A stretch of DNA of 64,000 bases, taken from an uncultured SAR116 cluster alpha proteobacterium (GTDB taxonomy: Bacteria; Pseudomonadota; Alphaproteobacteria; Puniceispirillales; Puniceispirillaceae). The DNA lies in the NCBI GenBank assembly GCA_902520885.1, contig CABYPW010000005.1:39298-103297 (forward strand), read 5' to 3'. The position numbers and the translations under genes are program-made. Each line of letters starts with the position of its first letter. Within the stretch, counting starts at the first letter, position 1. This document shows, piece by piece, positions 57,252-64,000 of the stretch. The notes under the pieces are model-generated. The model saw only the letters and a program-made list of their open reading frames with translations. It ran no database searches and was not told the origin of the DNA.

Positions 57252-58046
57252 ATGCGAGAAAGTGATGTATTAATTCATGATGAAGCTGGCTTTCAAGGAA
57301 TGCGCGCGGCTGGTGCACTTGCAGCAGACGTTCTTGACATGATTACAGAGTATGTAAAAAAAGGCACTACGACACAGATGCTTGATGATATATGTCATGA
57401 GTATATTATAAAGCAAGGAGCCATACCCGCCCCCTTAAATTATAAAGGTTTTCCTAAATCTACCTGTATTTCTTTAAATCATGTTGTTTGTCATGGGATA
57501 CCAGGTGACAGAAAATTATTGTCTGGTGATATATTGAATATTGATGTGACTGTTATTCTTGATGGATGGTATGGTGATACCTCAAGAATGTATTACGTTG
57601 AAACACCCCCTATTAAATCGCAGCGTTTAACGGAAGTTACTTATGACTGCTTGATGTTTGGAATTGAAGCAGCGAAGCCAGGTAATAGACTTGGAGATAT
57701 AGGGTATGCCATACAGACGTGCGCTGAGAAAAATAGATTTTCCGTAGTTCGAGACTTTACTGGACATGGCCTTGGTAAGGTTTTTCATTGTGCTCCAAGC
57801 GTTCTTCATTTTGGAACCCCCGGAACTGGGATGTTGTTGGAACCTGGAATGATTTTTACAATTGAGCCGATGATTAATGCGGGTAGACCAGAAACAAAAA
57901 TTCTAAGCGATGGTTGGACTGCTGTAACGAGAGATAAGAGTGCATCCGCGCAATTTGAACACTCTATTGGCATTACAGAAACAGGAGCAGAAATTTTTAC
58001 ATCTTCAGCGATAGGGTATAAATTTCCTCCCTATATAAAAACTTAA
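57252..58046 (+). CDS. map: type I methionine aminopeptidase
   Basis: VVCHGIP, NIDVTVILDGWYGDTS, FTGHGLG, FTIEPM, QFEHSIGIT metal-ligand motifs. Confidence 0.95.
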   Translation: MRESDVLIHDEAGFQGMRAAGALAADVLDMITEYVKKGTTTQMLDDICHEYIIKQGAIPAPLNYKGFPKSTCISLNHVVCHGIPGDRKLLSGDILNIDVTVILDGWYGDTSRMYYVETPPIKSQRLTEVTYDCLMFGIEAAKPGNRLGDIGYAIQTCAEKNRFSVVRDFTGHGLGKVFHCAPSVLHFGTPGTGMLLEPGMIFTIEPMINAGRPETKILSDGWTAVTRDKSASAQFEHSIGITETGAEIFTSSAIGYKFPPYIKT

Positions 58047-58162
58047 ATTCCGATTTTATAATAAATGATATTTCTAATCTTTCATCATCATATAAATCAT
58101 TATTATTAATTACTTAACGATAATTAGGAAACTGAGAATATTTCTGTATTTTGTTTAAATTT

Positions 58163-58369
58163 TTATTTTTCATTTTCAAAATCGTCCATGCCTTTTTTAA
58201 TTTCCTTTTTAATTTTTCTATAGGTCTTACCCGCTACCCTACTTCCTTTTAAGAGTGCTGGTTTAGCTTTGGTGACAACATTTTTTGCAATATATTTTGC
58301 TTGCTTTTGCACAGCTGGATCCCGCACTGCATAACTAAGTGCGCTGAAAACTAATTTTTTAAGAATCAT
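58163..58369 (-). CDS. hypothetical small basic protein
   Basis: 68-aa ORF, Lys-rich (about 25 percent K/R), in a stand-alone intergenic position between map and purB. No family recognised. Confidence 0.4.
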   Translation of the reverse strand: MILKKLVFSALSYAVRDPAVQKQAKYIAKNVVTKAKPALLKGSRVAGKTYRKIKKEIKKGMDDFENEK

Positions 58370-58490
58370 TTTTTACCAATTTTCAATTATGTTTTTGAAT
58401 AAATTATTATCAATCTTTGCAGTTATGAGTATAGCATTTTTTCAAACAAGATGATATTGATGTTAGTATAAATAATCAGGAAAAACGTTT

Positions 58491-59786
58491 ATGATTCCCC
58501 GCTATTCTAGATCAGAAATGACACAGGTCTGGTCTGAACACAACAAATTTCAAATATGGTTTGAGATCGAAGCTCATGCATGTGATGCTCAAGCAAAGTT
58601 AAAAGTGATCCCTCACACTGCCGCTAAAGCAGTATGGGAAAAAGGAAAGTTTGATATTGACCAAATTAATGAAATTGAGCGTGAAACAAAGCATGACGTT
58701 ATAGCTTTTCTTACGAATTTAGCTCAATATGTAGGTTCCGATGCTCGCTTTATTCATCAAGGATTGACTTCATCCGACATATTAGACACAACTTTCTCTA
58801 TTCAACTCACACGTGCTGCAGATATTCTGCTTGACGACTTAGATAGACTATTATCTGCTTTAAAAGCCCGCGCAATAGAACATAAATACACACCTTCTAT
58901 TGGCAGATCACATGGGATCCACGCAGAACCGACTACTTTTGGTCTTAAACTGGCACGTTTTTATGCAGAATTTGAGAGAAATAAAAATAGGCTTAAAGCA
59001 GCAAAAAAGGAAATCTCTACCTGTGCAATTTCTGGCGCTGTCGGTACTTTTGCGCATATAGATCCCAAAGTTGAGCAATATGTTGCTAAAAAAATGAACC
59101 TTCAAATAGAAAAAATCTCAAGTCAAATTATACCTCGAGATCGCCACGCTATGTTTTTTTCTGTGCTTGGCGTAATTGCAAGTTCCATAGAAAATTTAGC
59201 TATTGAAATTCGTCACTTACAAAGAACGGAAGTTCGTGAAGCTGAAGAATTCTTTTCAATTGGCCAAAAAGGTTCTTCAGCTATGCCTCATAAACGAAAT
59301 CCCGTATTAACTGAAAATTTAACTGGTCTTGCCCGCATAGTTAGGTCCGCTGTAATCCCAGCTCTAGAAAATGTTGCCCTCTGGCACGAACGGGACATCT
59401 CGCATTCGTCCGTAGAGCGTATGATTGGACCAGATTCGACGGTAACTTTAGACTTTGCTTTGAACAGACTGGAAGACGTCATTAAAAAACTAGTAATCTA
59501 TCCAAAAAAAATGGAGGAAAATTTAAATTCCCTTGGTGGATTGGTCCATTCACAACAAATACTGTTAGCTCTAACACAAAAAGGTGCAAGTCGAGAGGAT
59601 GCATATCACTTAGTCCAAAAGTATGCGATGAATGTATGGGAAAAGGGTGGAAATTATTTAGATGAAATGAAATCTGATACAAAAATAAAAAAGTATTTTA
59701 CGATAGAGGAACTCGAAAACTTGTTTGACGCAAAACAGCATCAACGACATGTTGATACTATTTTTGAGAGAGTTTTTAAAAGTTAA
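58491..59786 (+). CDS. purB: adenylosuccinate lyase
   Basis: Fumarate-lyase signature GSSAMPHKRNP; MIPRYSR N-terminus typical of PurB. Confidence 0.95.
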   Translation: MIPRYSRSEMTQVWSEHNKFQIWFEIEAHACDAQAKLKVIPHTAAKAVWEKGKFDIDQINEIERETKHDVIAFLTNLAQYVGSDARFIHQGLTSSDILDTTFSIQLTRAADILLDDLDRLLSALKARAIEHKYTPSIGRSHGIHAEPTTFGLKLARFYAEFERNKNRLKAAKKEISTCAISGAVGTFAHIDPKVEQYVAKKMNLQIEKISSQIIPRDRHAMFFSVLGVIASSIENLAIEIRHLQRTEVREAEEFFSIGQKGSSAMPHKRNPVLTENLTGLARIVRSAVIPALENVALWHERDISHSSVERMIGPDSTVTLDFALNRLEDVIKKLVIYPKKMEENLNSLGGLVHSQQILLALTQKGASREDAYHLVQKYAMNVWEKGGNYLDEMKSDTKIKKYFTIEELENLFDAKQHQRHVDTIFERVFKS

Positions 59787-59851
59787 AGTTCAAAAATATA
59801 TTCTCTTATCCGAAAAATAATTTATTTTTTAAACTCTTTTAAGAGGGGATT

Positions 59852-60589
59852 ATGAAGTTACTGTATGAAGGAAAAGCCAAAAAACTTTTCAAAGGTCCTA
59901 GTAAAGGAACTGTTATTCAGTACTTTAAAGATGATGCCACAGCCTTTAATGCACAAAAAAAAGACACTCTTCAAGGAAAAGGTATCATCAATAATTATAT
60001 TAGTAGTTCAATTTTTCACGCTCTTGACCAAACCAATATTCCTCATCACTTTATCAAAAGGCTTTCAGACAGGGAACAGCTTGTAAAAGAAGTTGATATC
60101 ATCCCTATTGAAATAATCATGAGGAAAGTAGCGGCGGGGTCAATCTGCAAACGGTTAGGTCTTATAGAAGGAAAGGTATTACCGAAACCTTTAATAGAAT
60201 TCTGTTTAAAAAATGATTCACTTGGTGACCCTATTATTTCAAGAGAGCATATAGAGATCATGCAGCTTGCTGATAAGTCAGAAATGAAAGCTATAACTGC
60301 AATTACCTTTCGTGTTGCAGATTTTTTAACAGGATTTTTCTCAATGATGGATATTCAACTCATAGATTTTAAAATAGAATTTGGACGATTTAGGGTTGCT
60401 AACAAAAATCATGAGGTAATCCTAGCAGATGAAATTAGTCCCGATAATTGTAGGTTATGGGATATAAAAACTAATCAGAAACTAGATAAAGACAGATTTA
60501 GAGAAGACCTAGGTGGTTTAATTGAGTCTTACTCAGATATAGCCAATAGAATGTCCATCCAACTGCCTGAATTAAAGGCAGAAAAATAA
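59852..60589 (+). CDS. purC: SAICAR synthetase
   Basis: LLYEGKAKKLF, IIPIEIIMRKVAAGS, LADEISPDNCRLWD. Confidence 0.95.
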   Translation: MKLLYEGKAKKLFKGPSKGTVIQYFKDDATAFNAQKKDTLQGKGIINNYISSSIFHALDQTNIPHHFIKRLSDREQLVKEVDIIPIEIIMRKVAAGSICKRLGLIEGKVLPKPLIEFCLKNDSLGDPIISREHIEIMQLADKSEMKAITAITFRVADFLTGFFSMMDIQLIDFKIEFGRFRVANKNHEVILADEISPDNCRLWDIKTNQKLDKDRFREDLGGLIESYSDIANRMSIQLPELKAEK

Positions 60590-60635
60590 GTGTCTAAATA
60601 TAAAGCCTCATTTTTTGTGAATTAAAGGAGTTATC

Positions 60636-60884
60636 ATGCAGGTAATAATCACAATTAATAAAAAGCCAGGAGTTTTGGATCCCGAGGCTCAAGCAATAAA
60701 ACAATCTCTTTTCTCACTGGGGTTTGATGATTTAGAAAATGTGACTGTGGGTAAGCAAATAACTCTTTTTATAGAAACAGAAGATCAAGAACGAGCTAAA
60801 TATAGAGCTGCTAAAATGTGTGAAGCTCTTTTAGCAAATGCTGTAATTGAAGAATATAAAATTCGGGTAAATGAACTATCATGA
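60636..60884 (+). CDS. purS: FGAM synthase PurS subunit
   Basis: 82 aa with KPGVLDPEAQAI; precedes purQ with a 4-nt overlap. Confidence 0.9.
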   Translation: MQVIITINKKPGVLDPEAQAIKQSLFSLGFDDLENVTVGKQITLFIETEDQERAKYRAAKMCEALLANAVIEEYKIRVNELS

Positions 60885-61570
60885 GGATTGCAATAATAGT
60901 ATTTCCTGGTTCAAATTGTGATCGTGATATGATGGTTGCGGTAGAGTCACTTACAGGCAGGAGACCTGCTCTAATTTGGCATAAACAAAATAATCTAGAC
61001 CCCATTGACCTTGCAATTATCCCAGGAGGATTCTCTTTTGGTGACTATCTAAGGTGTGGCGCACTTGCTGCACACTCGCCAATTATGAATGCGCTTCATG
61101 ACCATGCAGCAAGGGGAGGTGCAATTTTAGGCGTCTGTAATGGTTTTCAAATATTGACCGAGTCAGGGATGTTACCAGGATTTCTTGGCCGTAACCAAGA
61201 ACTAAAATTTATCTGTAAACAAATAACATTATCTGTGAATGGAGCAACAAATTGTGCTCTTACAGGGTCGCTTGACCATAAGCAGACCCTTCAAATTCCA
61301 ATTGCTCATAATGAAGGAAATTTTTTTGCTGACGCAGAAACTTTGAATCGCATTGAAAGCAATGGACAGGTGGTTTTAAGATATAAATCAGATAAATATG
61401 CTACTTCAAGTAATCCAAATGGGTCATTAAATAATATTGCGGCAATATGTTCGTTAAACGGAAAAATTCTTGGTATGATGCCACACCCTGAACGGGCTAT
61501 GGGCAAAGGTCACGAAAGTGCAGATGGAAGAAAACTTTTGCACTCAATCTTCGAGGCAATAAAAACATGA
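60881..61570 (+). CDS. purQ: FGAM synthase glutaminase subunit PurQ
   Basis: FPGSNCDRD, catalytic GVCNGFQ, MPHPER. Confidence 0.95.
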   Translation: MRIAIIVFPGSNCDRDMMVAVESLTGRRPALIWHKQNNLDPIDLAIIPGGFSFGDYLRCGALAAHSPIMNALHDHAARGGAILGVCNGFQILTESGMLPGFLGRNQELKFICKQITLSVNGATNCALTGSLDHKQTLQIPIAHNEGNFFADAETLNRIESNGQVVLRYKSDKYATSSNPNGSLNNIAAICSLNGKILGMMPHPERAMGKGHESADGRKLLHSIFEAIKT

Positions 61571-63777
61571 GTAAGAAAGCAGAAATGCAATATGAAAATG
61601 CTGTCTCTATGGGACTTTCCGAAGAAGAGTGGCTCAGTGTCTGCTCGCATTTAGGACGTATTCCAAATTTGTGTGAACTTGGTATTTTTTCAGCAATGTG
61701 GTCAGAGCACTGTTCCTATAAATCTTCTAAAAAATGGCTAAAAACTCTGCCTACTGAGGGTGAGTGCGTCATACAAGGCCCAGGAGAGAATGCTGGTGTT
61801 ATTGATATTGGTGATGGCCTTGCAGTTGTATTCAAAATTGAAAGTCATAATCATCCATCTTTTATAGAACCGCATCAGGGAGCCGCGACAGGTGTGGGCG
61901 GTATCCTTCGGGATGTGTTCACAATGGGCGCACGCCCCATTGCATTACTTAATGCGCTGCGGTTTGGACAAATTGACCATAAAAAAACATCACATCTCAT
62001 TTCTGGTGTTACATCTGGAATAGGTAGTTATGGTAATTGTATAGGTATACCAACAGTGGGTGGTGAAGTTGAATTTGATAGCTCTTATAATGGTAATATT
62101 CTTGTAAATGCTATGGCAGTTGGTTTAGCGCATAATGATAGAATTTTTTATTCTGCTGCCTCCGGTGCTGGGAATCCAGTAATTTATGTTGGAGCTAAAA
62201 CTGGACGTGATGGCATACATGGAGCTACTATGGCGTCTGCTGAATTTAATGATGAGGCAGAATTAAAACGCCCAACAGTTCAGGTTGGGGACCCATTTAA
62301 GGGTAAATTACTGATGGAGGCATGCCTCGAGCTAATGGCTGCTGATGCAGTTATTGCAATTCAAGATATGGGTGCCGCTGGACTAACTTCTTCTTCTGTT
62401 GAAATGGCCGCAAAAGGGGGACTTGGTATGGAAATCGATCTTGATCTTGTTCCTGTAAGAGAGACAAATATGACTGCTTACGAAATTATGCTGTCTGAGA
62501 GCCAAGAACGTATGCTGATGGTGGTAAACCCTAATCAGGCAGAAATTGCACAACAAATATTTAATAAATGGGACCTTGATTTTATGCCAATTGGAAAAGT
62601 CACTGAAACAGATAGGCTTGTTCTTCTCAAAGAAGGAAAAATTGCTTGTGACATTCCAGTTGCACCATTAGTAGATAACGCACCCGAATATGATAGGCCG
62701 CATCTATCATCAGAAATACAAATTGCAGCAAACATAAATGATATCGTGCAAAAAATACCTATAACAGAAGCCTTAAAAATACTGGTTGGGAGTGAAGACT
62801 TATGCTCAAGAAGATGGGTATATGAACAATATGACAGTCAAGTCATGGCAGACACTATCGTTGGCCCTGGAGGGGACGCAGCACTTGTAAGAGTATATGG
62901 AACAAAAAAAGCAATTGCATTAACCACTGATTGCACCACTAGATACGTAGAGGCAGACCCTTTTAGTGGTGGCAAACAAGCTGTGGCAGAGGCATACCGT
63001 AATATTATCGCTGTTGGGGCCACACCTCTTGCCATAACTAATAATCTTAATTTTGGAAACCCTGAAAAGCCAGAAATAATGGCACAGCTTGTAGAAAGTG
63101 TTGCTGGTATCAAAGATGCGTGCATTCAACTATCGACGCCTGTTGTTTCTGGAAATGTATCATTATACAACGAAACAGAAGGAAGAGCCATTAAACCATG
63201 CCCTGTAATAGGCATGGTTGGTGTTATGGATGACTGGGAGAAATCTGGTACAATTGCACTCCCATCTGATAATGATATAGTTATCATTGGACAAAACGAA
63301 AAAAATAATTCAGGTTGGTTGTCCAATAGTACTTATGCAAAATTTATTTCCAAGAAGCTTGGTGGGGCACCACCACCGGTTGATTTAAACTCTGAGTTAA
63401 AAGCTGGAAAATTTATATTAGATTGCTATCACAATGATTTAATTAATGCCGCACATGATATTTCTGATGGTGGTATGTTGGTTGCTTTGACTGAAATGAT
63501 GCTAGCGGGTAATAATGGTGCCGAAATAATACATCCAAAAGAGGCAGATCCTCATTGTTGGTTTTTTGGAGAAAATCAATCTAGTTATATAATTGCAACA
63601 ACTAAGTTGAAAGAAATCATAAAGCGTTCTGAAAATGCCAATATCCCTTTCAGTTATCTGGGCAGGTCTAGTTCAACTCAAGAATTGAAAATATCAAATG
63701 GAGATATTATATCTCTTAAAGAACTGCAAAATATTTATGAGACAGGGTTAACGAAACAATTATTACAATTTTCATAA
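61567..63777 (+). CDS. purL: FGAM synthase subunit PurL
   Basis: [44 protein letters not shown]. Confidence 0.95.
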   Translation: MSKKAEMQYENAVSMGLSEEEWLSVCSHLGRIPNLCELGIFSAMWSEHCSYKSSKKWLKTLPTEGECVIQGPGENAGVIDIGDGLAVVFKIESHNHPSFIEPHQGAATGVGGILRDVFTMGARPIALLNALRFGQIDHKKTSHLISGVTSGIGSYGNCIGIPTVGGEVEFDSSYNGNILVNAMAVGLAHNDRIFYSAASGAGNPVIYVGAKTGRDGIHGATMASAEFNDEAELKRPTVQVGDPFKGKLLMEACLELMAADAVIAIQDMGAAGLTSSSVEMAAKGGLGMEIDLDLVPVRETNMTAYEIMLSESQERMLMVVNPNQAEIAQQIFNKWDLDFMPIGKVTETDRLVLLKEGKIACDIPVAPLVDNAPEYDRPHLSSEIQIAANINDIVQKIPITEALKILVGSEDLCSRRWVYEQYDSQVMADTIVGPGGDAALVRVYGTKKAIALTTDCTTRYVEADPFSGGKQAVAEAYRNIIAVGATPLAITNNLNFGNPEKPEIMAQLVESVAGIKDACIQLSTPVVSGNVSLYNETEGRAIKPCPVIGMVGVMDDWEKSGTIALPSDNDIVIIGQNEKNNSGWLSNSTYAKFISKKLGGAPPPVDLNSELKAGKFILDCYHNDLINAAHDISDGGMLVALTEMMLAGNNGAEIIHPKEADPHCWFFGENQSSYIIATTKLKEIIKRSENANIPFSYLGRSSSTQELKISNGDIISLKELQNIYETGLTKQLLQFS

Positions 63778-63800
63778 AGTAAGAGGAAATTTGATAAAAA

Positions 63801-64000
63801 ATGGCAATGCAGGCACATGAAATCGAAGAATTAATTATGAAAGCCTTTCCAAATGCTGTCGTCAAAATTGAAGACATGGCTGGTGATGGAGACCATTATT
63901 CATGCTTTGTCGAATCAGAACTTTTTGCCGGAAAAACACGTGTTCAACAACATCAGATGGTGTATCAAGCTTTAGATGGCAGGATGGGTGACCAATTACA
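63801..64000 (+). CDS. BolA-family protein (3' end beyond the window)
   Basis: MAMQAHEIEELIMKAFPNAVVKIEDMAGDGDHYSCFVESELFAGKTRVQQHQMVYQAL fits BolA (D.SG.G.H. ... F.G....RHR.VY.AL). The purL-bolA order is conserved in alphaproteobacteria. Confidence 0.8.
   Translation, partial: MAMQAHEIEELIMKAFPNAVVKIEDMAGDGDHYSCFVESELFAGKTRVQQHQMVYQALDGRMGDQL

Noticed and set aside
1-64000. Scan for CRISPR arrays, IS elements, integrases, toxin-antitoxin pairs, retron/DGR-like reverse transcriptases, restriction-modification genes or other defence genes.
   Set aside because: None seen. Every ORF longer than 60 aa that is not a shadow frame is accounted for by the features listed, and the intergenic regions are short and show no spaced repeats.

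Overview
This is an AT-rich, very tightly packed chromosomal segment that looks alphaproteobacterial. I could not run a database search, so that assignment rests on protein motifs and on gene order that mirrors Rhizobiales-type core synteny: pyrB-pyrC'-plsY-(dprA absent)-topA-rnr; holC-pepA<>lptF-lptG-(lptD absent)-surA-pdxA-rsmA; gmk-mltG-fabF-acpP-fabG-fabD<>rpsF-rpsR-rplI; dnaB-alr; mlaEF-radA-cvpA-purF-SDR; purB; purC-purS-purQ-purL-bolA. I support about 70 protein-coding genes, including four small ones below the ORF-track cutoff (rpmG, a COX4-like membrane peptide, a DUF2256-like zinc ribbon and a 58-aa membrane peptide). There is also one tRNA-Leu(UAA) and one clear rho-independent terminator. 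I saw no rRNA, CRISPR array, transposase, integrase, phage gene or recognisable defence system. Most of the window is ordinary housekeeping (nucleotide biosynthesis, fatty-acid synthesis, LPS transport, ribosomal proteins, replication and repair). Many neighbouring genes overlap by 1-4 nt. There are signs of reductive evolution: a dprA-sized gap, no lptD, no mlaD, an SDR gene remnant and a degenerate PyrC'. The only accessory-looking block is about 41.2-54.4 kb. It holds a complete ligase-associated DNA damage response module (lig, exo, lhr-core, pdeM) with a YfcG-type GST wired into it and a DUF2256 gene beside it. Directly next to it is a FAD-oxidase/DUF1365/CFA-synthase/DUF3833/NTF2/SDR cluster that resembles the photo-oxidative-stress furan fatty acid locus. 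I did not find a convincing, wholly undescribed system. That block, a tandem DnaA-box-like array with a possible leaderless promoter in front of dnaB, and a few unknown-function exported or membrane proteins are the best follow-up candidates. All family calls come from motif recognition by eye and need HMM or BLAST confirmation.
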